Below are positions 53,488-64,000 of a stretch of 64,000 nucleotides of DNA, in pieces (the first letter of the stretch is position 1; each line of letters opens with the position of its first letter). Both the position numbers and the translations under genes were made by a program. The stretch lies in assembly GCF_009914755.1 (NCBI RefSeq), contig NC_060933.1; one strand, 5' to 3'. Below the pieces are notes generated by a model. That model was not told the DNA's origin. It saw nothing but the letters and a program-made list of their open reading frames with translations, and did no database searches. The DNA is from the human T2T-CHM13v2.0 reference genome, Homo sapiens.

Positions 53488-54471
53488 TGTGCAGATGTCA
53501 GAGGCATGTGAACCAGAGCAACTTCATCTTACACAGGAGCTGGGTAAAATGAGGCTTAAGCCTACTGGGCTGCATTCCCAGACGGTTGAGACATTCCAAG
53601 TCACAGGATGAGACAGGAGGTCAGCACAAAATACAGGTCACATAGACCTTGCTGACAAAACAGCTCACAGTGAAGGAGCCAGCCAAAACCCACCAAAACC
53701 AAAATGGCCACAAGAGTGACCTCTGGTCATCCTCATTGCTACACTCCACCAGCACCATGACAGTTTACGAATGCCATGGCAACCTCAGGAAGTTACCCTA
53801 TATGGTCTAAGAAGGTGAGGCATGAATAATCCACCCCTTGTTTAGCATATCATCAAGAAATAACCATAAAAATAGGCAACCAGCAGCCCTTAGGGTTGCT
53901 CTGTCTATGGAGTAGCCATTCTTTATTCCCTTACTTTCTTAATAAACTTGCTTTCACATTGCACTGCGGACTTGCCCTGAATTCTTGCGCTAGATTCAAG
54001 AACCCTCTCTTGGGGTCTGGATTGGGACCCCTTTCCTGTAACATATTTCTCTGTCCTGTAACACAGACACTATGGAAGGTCGCTCTTATTAAAACTTTTC
54101 TTCTTCTTTCTGAGCATACATTTTCCACAATTCCTTGCTTTATTTGTGGCCAAGTCACTGAATACTTGCTAGCAGAACATGACCAGAACTAGTGTGTGCC
54201 TCTCCAGGCTGAGCCATAAAACCCTCCTTATACATGAGCATCCATGTTCTTTCCCATTGCACTTCAGTAAATAAAGGAGGCATCTTTGACAGGCATGATT
54301 GACAATGATGGAAGTACAACATGAAAAGACCCCACATCACTGAGCTGCTCACCAATTAGGAACATTGCTTGTTGAGCTTATTGGAGTAAAAAGTACATTT
54401 CTATAATGTTTGACCTATCATATATTTGGGGTTTTTGTGTTACAGCAAGTAGTATTACCTTAAACAATATA
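53488..54471 (+). mobile_element. MLT1J-like LTR (host of MER41A)
   Basis: Reconstructed start TGTG-CAGA-CACTATGG; end TGTTACAGCAAGTAGTATTACCTTAAACAATATA. Confidence 0.7.
53496..54063 (+). mobile_element. MER41A ERV1 LTR (53496-54043) plus a 20-bp remnant
   Basis: TGTCAGAGGC..GAACCAGAGCAAC..ATGCCATGGCAAC..CATGAATAATCCACCCC..GGACCCCTTTCCTGTAACA; TSD CAGA at 53492-53495 and 54064-54067. Confidence 0.93.
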
Positions 54472-55849
54472 AAGATTATTTATCCAACCTAATCAATAGA
54501 CAAATGAGGAAGTGAAGACTAGAAAAGTTAGGATGAGGATGAAGATCAGGGATCTGGCTTTTTAAATGCTTCTGTGTGAGGCTAAGGGTCCACAACTAAG
54601 GGAAGAATTGAAGCACAGGGGCAGAAAACCAGGGAGTGATTGACTTGAGTTACTTAGTAGATATTTATTTAAGGAAAACACCTTAATTCTTAATGTAAAA
54701 TATAATTTTAGGGCATAGTCTGGTTTCAGCCAGACTTCCAAACTTGGAATCAGTGAAAATCACACATATATGCAAGACTTTGCCTCAATGTGATGAAACC
54801 TATGTGAAAGTAACAATAGAGCATCCATGTTTTTGAAAATCTCTGGTGAAATTCTAGTTGTTAGTCATTGCTTGTTTAAAGATTAGGCATATTTAATAAA
54901 CATTTTCTTTGGAAATTTAATGGGAGATGGTCACAAAGACAAAATTATTAATAGGTTTTTAAACTGGCAGAGGAAATGAAAATAATTTTTAAATAATTCA
55001 AATAAGTACCAGAACAGTATAACAAGAACATAAACTAGGATTCACACCATGTAGGTATTGATTCTGACTCTTTGATTAATTTGCTTAATATAAAAAAAAC
55101 CCGTTTAAATCTGTGCATTAGCTCTTTTATGTGCGAAATAGAAATTATGGGTATTGGTTTCTAATTTACGTTGAAGATAAAATAGAGGGGCTGTGTCCAC
55201 TAGATAGTACAATATGCCAGGGATCCTACCTGTGCTCTATTATGAGTAAGTAGATATTTATTATAGAAAAAAAATATGCTCCTGTCTTCAAAATGCCAAA
55301 CTTGGCCAAGACCTTGCTAAAGACTTAAGATTCTTAGAATAATTTTGATACAGAAATTTCAGGACACACACACAAAAACAGTCACAGGTTCTACTCCCTG
55401 TAGATTACCTAAAAATACACTCAGATATTTCCTACACAGCAAACCTCCTCTGACCAATAGTAGGAATCTTTTTCTATGAATCTATTTGATTCTTCAGTGG
55501 ATACCTTTTTCCTTGATTTTAGGGTATAGACAACAGAGAGGAGTTGCCTTTCTGTGGCTAAGTCTGCAGGCTTTCAAAAATGGGGAGATAGGCTGTGATC
55601 CCCTTTTCTACCCTGTTCCAGAACAGAATTTCTTGGCTAAACATGATATGAAATCACGACCCTCTTAGTTCATATGAAATACTTAGGGGCAAGCTTAAAA
55701 TGCAAATTTCATCATTTACAAACAAAAATGTCTGAGGTATAAGGCTCGGCAGGTTTTATATTTTTCTCTTCCCTCAATGTAGTCATTGTTCTTGAATGAA
55801 GTTTACATCAAGGAAGCCCAGGCAAGAACTTAGATAATAGTCACTATCT

Positions 55850-56720
55850 GCTAATGCCACCTGTTTCCAATGGAAAAGGCAACAATAGGATATGCTGATT
55901 TCCTGGTGTATCAGGGCTACTTAGGGAATTCACCAGAATCTTGAACAGAGAAACACAGCACTGGGATTTGCTATCATCTTTTACTTCCATCTATTCATTA
56001 AGAAATGAACATCATGGGAGTAGAGAACATATTGGTATTATCTCTATACTGAGAGATAGAGATTAGGTGGTGATTCAATCTTAGTGTCAAGCAATTAGCT
56101 CTAATAAAAATCAAAAAAATGCCCAATAGGTCCAAGAGCCTCCACGACCCAATAGCAGATGAGATTTTGGACAGACAGATGAGAAGTGCTGGTGGAAATT
56201 ATGGTTTTAATGACTACCTGCTGATGGCTGCTGCATTAGTTGAAAGCTTTTCAAGAAAAAGATGGACGAATTATGGCAGGAAGTTCAATAAAGACTTCAG
56301 ACGTTGGTGTACCCTGACAGTTGGCAAAGTGAGTTTTATAGAAAGAGAGAATTATATTCAGCTGCTACATAAGTCATTCTCACAGATTATGTTTTCAGGT
56401 TAATAATACTGACGAGGAGAAATAGAAACAGTTTTAAAAAAATGATTTGACAATTTCAGCATACTGAGGGCATTTTAGGTTTTAAGAATTTTGTTGAAAA
56501 TAAAGAAATGAAAGGAATGATGAGTGTGATAATAAGTTGAAATATGTCCACAGGGTTGTCATTATAGGAAGGGATCTGAAAGCCATGTCCAAGAATTGGA
56601 GTAAGAACATGGCTAATTTTTTCCATAAAAAGAGAAAATATGTGGGCAGCAGGATAGCCACATTCAAATGTTGTAGGGCTCCATTTGAGAATAAAAGGAA
56701 GACTTGGCTGAAAGACGTTT
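55850..56720 (+). mobile_element. L3/CR1 LINE remnant (ORF2 3' region)
   Basis: GGGATCTGAAAGCCATGTC..AAGAGAAAA..GATAGCCACATTCAAATGTTGTAGGGCT resembles L3 consensus; 5' boundary uncertain. Confidence 0.6.
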
Positions 56721-57635
56721 GAACTTATATTATTAATCAGAAAATGTGGTATTATAGGCTTTAACCAAATCATCCCTTTCCATGCTCACAGTATACATTC
56801 AGAAAGGTGTTCTTTTTCTTTATTTTGTAGATGAAGATACAAGATTCAGAGTAAATTATAAAAGACTGTAAGTAGGTAGCTGGTGTTTGAAACCATGGGT
56901 CAAATTTTCCCTTTATTTGCCCAAAGGCCTCTAAGGCTTTTCACAAAATTAGCAAATTTTTATTCTTCTTTGGAAAAAAATATAAGATTTCCAGATACTG
57001 ACTGTGAAGTTACAACAAGATCAGTGTGCAACATTCTCAGAAAACTATTATTTCCCATGTTGCAATAAGTAGAATACATTCCATATAAGGCTTGAAAGTT
57101 TCTGTAAGATATCTCTGTTCAAAATCCGTACAACCTTGCTTTTTTACCTTATCATAAACAGTTTATTCACCATTTCTTAAAATTTCATAATCTTTAATTT
57201 TTTTCACACATCCTCGTACAGACATATTTTTTTCTTAGTGTTTCTGATTTCCATCCAGATATTCATATCTTAAATGAGAGTAAAGATAATTGTATACATT
57301 GAGAAGATACCAGACACATAAACACGTAAAAGTTTTTGTTTTCTCTCCTCTCTCTCCTTAGCTTGTCATCTGAAAGGCACTTGGCAACTGGTCAATAAAT
57401 TTTAATAAAATATTACTGCTTTACTAAAAAGTATTCAACCTTGAGCATTTCCTAAAGAAATACTGATATGACCTCTGTTATAAACAAATACCATCTATTT
57501 CACAAATGCATTAGTCATCTTAAAATTCCCAAAAATATTGATTCTAAAACTCCATCCCTGGAAGTCCATCCTAAGGAAATAATAACAAACACAGATAGAA
57601 GCTTGATGAACCAATCCCATAAAAACTGTAATATG

Positions 57636-57675
57636 TGTATCTATAACACATTCTTTGTATCTATAACACATTCTT
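57636..57675. repeat. Perfect 20-bp tandem duplication
   Basis: TGTATCTATAACACATTCTT x2. Confidence 0.97.
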
Positions 57676-58459
57676 CTGAAATATCAGATACCCATCAAAA
57701 TATTTATATGAATTTTGTAATAAAATGAAAAAATGTGTGCATATAAAACAGATGTTAAATCAATTAATTGGAATAAAATTTGTATGTACACCATGATTTC
57801 AGTCACTGAAACATGCCCAGAAAAATTGGATAGAAATTATCAAAACATGACCAATAGCCAAAACGGAATCATGGGATAATGTAGGGGATTTTCTCTATTC
57901 TTCATAGTTTTGTGTACTTTTAAAAATATTTATCTATTACCTTTATAATGCATAAACCATTAATTAGTTTTTAAATGAATTAACTAATTTTGAAAATATT
58001 TATGACATGCAAGACTACAACATCTAATGAGAACAAAGCATTTAAAATGAATATCAAGACTCCAGCTGCCCTTGATGACATTTTTCTCTTCCCTAGAGAA
58101 AGAAAATCCAGTCACTATTATTGGTTTCAAGGATATGGTTCCTGAGACAATCTATGAAAATACATAGTTTATTCAAGCATTTGCCTACGGATACACAGCT
58201 AGCTCACCTTTAATCCACTGATAATGTGAAACAGATAAAAATAATATCTTGAAATTAAGTCATTTAGAAGCATATGTCTGGGTATTGGCCATTTTGTATT
58301 AACATTTTCTAGTGTGGTTCTTCAATCAGTGATTTGAGAGTTTTTTTAAGTAAATTATTTTTATTTACCTTTATCTGTTTCTCCAGAAGTGGAATCAAAG
58401 AGTCATTGTCTTCTTCATAGTTCATTGTCTTTTCTTGACTCCCAGCTACCTTAAAAGTG

Positions 58460-58780
58460 CTTTGCTTTATATTGCTCTGAAAGGCACAGCAGGAATCAAA
58501 TAGCTGAAGTCACAGGGAAACACATTTCAGGGCACCACGAAAAAGTGATGTCCAGTAAGAGCAATAATGACATTGGCACGGAACTCTAATTCCATAATTA
58601 TTTACCAGTTCTAATGTCCTCTCTTCTGAGCTACCTTATGAGACAGTGAGTTCTTAAGCATTGGAACTGTTCCCACAGAGCCTGGAGTGATCCATCAAAT
58701 ATGTTGTGGGAGAAATTATAAATGTTTGAAAGGGATGGATTAGAATACTTTCAAGATCTCTTCTAAGTCCAACATTCCCT
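58460..58780 (+). mobile_element. L3/CR1 3' end
   Basis: GAAGTCACAGGGAAACACATTTCAG..GCTACCTTATGAGACAGTGAGTTC..TGGATTAGAATACTTTCAAGATCTCTTCTAA. Confidence 0.7.
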
Positions 58781-59329
58781 TTTGTGTATATTAGAGGGGT
58801 TTTTGGACTAAAAATTTAGTTAACATTCAAATGAACTTGCGGTGAAAGGGTTGGAAAAGTCACTTAGCTGTTAGTTTTCCACACTATAAAAATAGTGAAT
58901 GAAATTGTCATATCAGAAGGATACTACACAGATTATTAATTAGCTGATGTCTGCACAGCAATAAAGATTATACAACACAAGGTCTACCTAATAATAAAGG
59001 CTGTGCAAAAAGGCCAATTGGAATTTACCCAGCACTTCGTAATGGTAAAATGGGGGGCAGAGTGAAATGGCCCAAGAGAATTAGGAAAAAAAAAAAAAAA
59101 AGAAAAAGAGTGCATAGCACAGAAATGCAAATGCTTAAAAAAACACACACACCCGTACATACAACAATTTAATTAACCTGTAGAGACCTCTTCCACCCAA
59201 TGGTTGCCAAGTGGATAGATTAGACAGGACATTTAAAAGAGTTCGTCGTTAGTAATGAGAAAAGGATCTGCAGTTAACCAGCTTATCCTGGTTTAGGCTT
59301 TTAAAATGACCTTCTAATTTTACCCGTGT

Positions 59330-60710
59330 TAAAATTAACTTTATCTTTTACAACAGCTTTAGATTTACAGAAAAATTGCGAAGACAGATCACAAAATTCC
59401 CATGGGCCTCATAGCCAGTTTCTTCTATTATTTACATTTTACATTAGCATGGTACATCTGTAATAATTAATAAACCAATATTTGTACCTTCTTATTAACT
59501 AACATTCATACTTTACCCAGATTTCCTTACTTTTTAATTAACATTCTTTTTTCATTCCATGATCCCATCTAGAATACTATATGCATTTTAGTCACCATGG
59601 TTCCTTAGGTTCCTGTTGGTTGTGGCAGATTATCAAAATTTTCTCCTTATTAATAACTATTACGCAATGAACTATGATTTCTTCTAAATTCGTATTTCAA
59701 AGCCCTAACTCCCAATATGATGGCATTTGGAGTTAGAGCCTTAGACGTCATTAGAGATAGATGAGGTCTTGAGTGCGGAGGCCTCATGATGGGATTGGTG
59801 CCCTTATAAGCAGACACCAAAGAGTTTTTTCTCTCTCTCTGTCCACCATGAAAGGACATAGCAGAAAGGCAGCTGTCTGCAAGTCAGAAAGAGGGTCCTC
59901 ACCAGAACCCAATGATGCTGCTATCCTGATCTGTGCCAGCATCCAGAACTGTGAGAAAATAAACTCCTGTTGTTTAAGACACTTAGTTTATGTTATTTTG
60001 TTATGGCACCCAGGCTGACTAAAACAATTATCTTGATGATTTTGCTGAGTACTTATCAGATTATATTGTAGAATGTCTCTCAAATGGGCTTTTTTGATGT
60101 TTTTCTCCTGGTTAGAGAAGTGTTATGTATCTGTGGGAGGAAGACCACAGAGGTAAAGTGCCATTTACAGTTCATCAGATCAAAGGAACATACTATCAAT
60201 ATGACTTTTCGTTCTTGACGTTGACCTTGATCAACTAGCTGAGGTCATGTTTGTCAGGTTTCCACTGTAGAGTTATATTTTTCCCCTTTCCATATTGTAT
60301 TCATTAGAAAGAAGTCACCATGCACAGGCCACACTTAATGAATAAGGAGTTCTGGTGGTTAAGTGTCTACATCAATTATTTGGAATTCTTCTGTATGAGA
60401 GATTTGTCTCTTTCTCCCTACTAATCTACTTATTCAATTGTTTATTCGTATCAATATCGACTCATGAATGTTTACTTTGCATTTTGATTCATAGTCCAAA
60501 ATGATTTTATTTAAATTGTTACTAAAACTTTTCCAACTTTAACAAGCAGGAACCCTTCCTATTGGACCCTATGTTTGCCTTTGACATACTCCCATACTTT
60601 TCTTTCCTTAAGTGCTGTAATTTTTGCTGCTAGAAGATACTCCAAGTTCATTCTGATACCCCTTGCATCAATCCAAGAATCAGCCATTTCTCCAAGGAGC
60701 CTTGTTTGTT
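59330..60710 (-). mobile_element. L1MC-like 3' end split by MLT1A
   Basis: CAGCTTTAGATTTACAGAAAAATTG..GGAGGAAGACCACAGAGGTAAAGTGCC..GAATCAGCCATTTCTCCAAGGAGCC. Confidence 0.8.
59658..60026 (+). mobile_element. MLT1A-type solo LTR
   Basis: CCCTAACTCCCAATATGATGGCATTTGGAG..CCTCATGATGGGATTGGTGCCCTTATAAG..GCTGACTAAAACA. Confidence 0.88.
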
Positions 60711-60800
60711 TATTTTTTAATTTATTTTATTTTAAAATGTTTACTTTTATTGATACTTAATGGATGTATTTTGGGAGTGCATGCAGTAATTTAATACATG
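60705..60800 (-). mobile_element. L1MA (MA4/5-like) extreme 3' end with T-rich tail
   Basis: TTTTATTGATACTTAATGGATGTA..GTGCATGCAGTAATTTAATACAT. Confidence 0.7.
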
Positions 60801-60810
60801 AACTTTTCCA

Positions 60811-63800
60811 GAGAAAGAGGTAGAGCACGATGGCCACATAGAACCATCCAGTGATTGTCCTTGCTGCAGGAATACCACATTGAAAAATTATCCACATAAG
60901 AAAGCACCTTCATAAGTACCAAAAGTCAGGGGAGTAATCACAGTAACTTGTTTTAACATAATATCACTGAAAGAGTCACAAAAAGGGTAGGAAAGACAGT
61001 CTTGAATTGCTGACACTTCCTCCCCGACCCCTGCAGTGACCACATGTCACAGAGAGAGAATCTGTACGCTTGAGGAAGAGAGAGTACAGTGATTGTGGGA
61101 CTTCACATTGGAACTCAGTACTGCCCTTTCACAGCAGAAAGCACCATGGGACAGAATTCAGCTGACATCCATGGAGGCAGCATTTAAACCAGCTTCTGCC
61201 AGAGGCGAATGTCCCACACCAGCAGTCAGAACCTGAGTTCTGGCTAGCCACACCACCATGGGTTAAAGTGCTATGGGGTTCAAAGTGAACTTGAAAGCCA
61301 GTATAGACAACAAGAACTGCAATTCCTGGGCAAGTCCAGGTGTTGACCTGGGCTCAGAGCCAGTCGACTTGGGGTGCACATGACCCAGTGACACAACGGC
61401 CAGGACAGCCAAGGGAGTCCAGTGCAGCTCATAGCTCCAGGAATGATTTCTTCCTTCTGCTTGGGGAGAGGAGGGGAAAGGAAAGAGTAAAGAAGGCTTT
61501 GTTTTGCAACTTGGATGCAATCTCAACTACAGTAGGATAGGACACTGGGAAGAGTCCTGAGGTCTCCATTCCAGGCCCTAGCTCCCAGAAGACATTTTTA
61601 GACACACCTGGGCCAGAGGGAACCTGTAGCTTTGAAGGTAAAGAACCAGTCTTGGCAGGATTCATCACCTGTTGACTAAAGAGCCCTTGGGCCTTAAATA
61701 AACATCAGTGGTACCCAGGCAGTTCTCACTGAGGGCCTTCGGTGAGACCAGGGCAGTGCTGGCTTCAGGTATGATCCAGCACATTCCCAGCAGCTGTGGT
61801 AGACATGGGGAGAAACAACCTCTGCAAAACAAAACAAAACAAAACAAAACAAACAGGAAAGGAGCAAAGGGGACTTTGTCTTGCAGCTTGGGTACCAGCT
61901 CCACCGTAGTGGGGTAGAGCACCAAGCAGGCTCCTGAGGTTAGTGATTCCAGGCCTTGGCTCTTGGACAGCATTTCTGGACCCACTCTGGGCCAGAGGGA
62001 AGATCAATACCCTGAAAGGAGAGATGCAGGCCTGGGAGCATTCAACACAAGCTAATTGAAGAGCCCTTTGGTCTTCAGTGAATATTGGCAGTAGCCAGGT
62101 TATAATCACCATGGGCCTGGGGAGTGGTGGCCATAGGGAGAGAATTCTTCTCTATGAGGAAAGGAGAGGGAGGAATGGAAAGGACTTTGTCTATGGGTTG
62201 GGTATCAGCTCAGCCACAGTAGAATAGAATACAAGGTAGATTCCTAAATTTCCCACCTCCAGGCCTTTGGCTCCCAGGTGATATTCCAGGACCCGCCCTG
62301 GGCCAAGGGTTAGTCACCACCCTGAAGGGAAGGACACAAGCCTGGCTGGATTAACCACTTGCTGACTGAAGAACACTTGGGCCTTGCATGAACATCAGCA
62401 GCAACCAGACAAGGATTGCTGCAGGCCTTGGGCAACACCCAGTGCTGTTCTGGTTTCAAGTCAGACCCAGCCGAGTCCCAGTGGTGGTGGCCACAGTGGT
62501 GCTTGTGTCACCCCTTCCCCAACTCCAGGCAGCTCAGCATGGAGAGAGAGACTCTGTTTGTTTAAGGTTAAGTTTGAGGAAAAAAAAAGTCTCTGCCTGG
62601 TAACCCAAGGAATTCTCTGGGATCATATCCAAGACCACCAATGTGATACCTCCATGAGTGTGCAAGAGTTAGTAAGCTTGCGGCACCCCCTAATGCAGAT
62701 ATGGCTGCAGTGACCAAAATTTAGATCACAATACTCAATTCCCTTTGAATGCTTGGAAAACCTTCCAAAGAAGGACAGGTACAAACAAACATAGACTGCA
62801 AATACTGCAATAAATACCTTACTCTTCAGTGCCCAGGCATCGATAAACATCCACCAGCATCAAGACATTCCAGGAAAACATGACATCATCAAACAAACTA
62901 CATAAGGCAGCAGTGACCAATCTTGAAGGACAGAGATATGTGTGTGACCTTTCAGACAGAGAATTCAAAATAACTGTGTTGATGAATGTCCGTGAAATTC
63001 AAGATAACATAGAGAAGGAATTCAGAATACTATCAGATAAATTTAAGAAAGAGATTGAAATAATTTTTTAAAAACATCAAGCAGAAATTCTGGAGTTGAA
63101 AAATGCAATTGACATACTGAAAAGTCTCTCAACAGCAAAACTGAACAAGAAAAAGAAAGAATTAGTGAGCCTGAAGACAGGCTATTTGAAAATATTCAGT
63201 CAGAGAAGACAAAAGAAAAAAGAATAAAAAATAATAAAGCACAACAACAAGATATAGAAAACAGCTTCACACAGGGCAAATCTGAGAATTATTGGCCTAA
63301 AAGAGTACATAGGGAGAGAGATCATTGTAGAAAATTTATTTAAAGGGATAATTAAAGATAACTTTCCAAACCTAGTGAAATATATCAACATTTACATGCA
63401 GGAAAGTCATAGAACACCAAGCAAATTTAACTCAAATAAGACTACCTCAAGGCATTTAATATTCAAACTTCCAAAAATCAAGGATAAAGATAGAATATTA
63501 AAAGCATCAAGAGAAAAGAAACAAATAACATAAAAAGGAGTTCTAATATGTCTGAAAACAAACTTCTCAAGTGGAAACCTTAAAGGCCAGAAGAGTGTGG
63601 GATGACATATTTAAAGTGCTGAAGGAAAAAAGTCTTTTATCCTGAAAATGTATATTCACTGAAAATATCCTTCAAACATGAAGGAGAAATAAAGACTTTC
63701 CCAGCCAAAAAAAAAAAAAAAAAAGCTGAGAATTTTTGATCACCAGACCTGTCCTACAAGAAATGCTAAAGGAATTTCTTCAATCTAAAAAAGAAGAATG

Positions 63801-63960
63801 TTAATGAGTAATAAGAAATTAACTGAAGATACAAAACTAACTGGTAATAGTAAGTACACAGACAAACACAGAATATTTAACACTGCAATTGTACTGTGTA
63901 AACCACTCATATCTTGAGTAGAACGACTAAACAATGAACCTATCAAAAATGATAACTACA
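60811..63960 (+). mobile_element. L1MA-type (L1M1/M2) 5'UTR + ORF1 + inter-ORF
   Basis: 5' start GAGGTAGAGCACGATGGC, ~2-kb GC-richer 5'UTR with internal repeats, then ORF1 homology. Confidence 0.88.
62880..63800 (+). pseudogene. Decayed L1 ORF1p (frameshifts and stops)
   Basis: Translated motifs DLSDREFKI, RANLRIIGLKE, DNFPNL, KARRVWDDIFKVLKE, KISFKHEGEIKTF, TRPVLQEMLK. Confidence 0.9.
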
Positions 63961-63961
63961 A

Positions 63962-64000
63962 GGCTGGGCACAATGGCTCATGCCTGTAATCCCAGCACTT
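63962..64000 (+). mobile_element. Alu 5' end, cut by window edge
   Basis: GGCTGGGCACAATGGCTCATGCCTGTAATCCCAGCACTT. Confidence 0.9.

Noticed and set aside
56119-56403. 94-aa ATG ORF with protein-like composition
   Set aside because: Lies within a probable L3/CR1 remnant; no recognisable domain or splice support.
61455-62450. CRISPR-like or novel repeat-spacer array
   Set aside because: Long diverged units inside an L1 5'UTR, in eukaryotic DNA with no cas-like ORFs; no short repeat-spacer array seen anywhere in the window.

Overview
AT-rich primate genomic DNA, probably human. Evidence: FLAM/FRAM/AluJ/AluS SINEs, a young L1PA 3' end and a MER41A LTR. No intact protein-coding gene, tRNA/rRNA, CpG island or CRISPR-like array is supported. 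The ORF-track hits I could place fall in Alu, L1, LTR or microsatellite sequence or look like chance ORFs; only decayed L1 ORF1, Tigger1 transposase and L3/CR1 remnants are recognisable as coding. A large part of the window is old interspersed repeat (many MIR and L2, L1M, MaLR LTRs, DNA transposons), so it reads as gene desert or deep intron. The best signals are of two kinds. (1) Insertion and deletion scars: a MER41A provirus collapsed to one LTR plus a duplicated LTR end inside one TSD, twin-primed inverted L1s, a triple nest, and an Alu with an inverted templated junction. (2) Repeat-free, CpG-retaining islands with candidate enhancer grammar (26.6-27.7 kb, 29.4-30.1 kb), a strong CTCF motif at 40.1 kb and possible non-coding exons. 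I found no convincing new biological system and could not identify the locus. Repeat names come from remembered consensus sequences and old-repeat boundaries are approximate.
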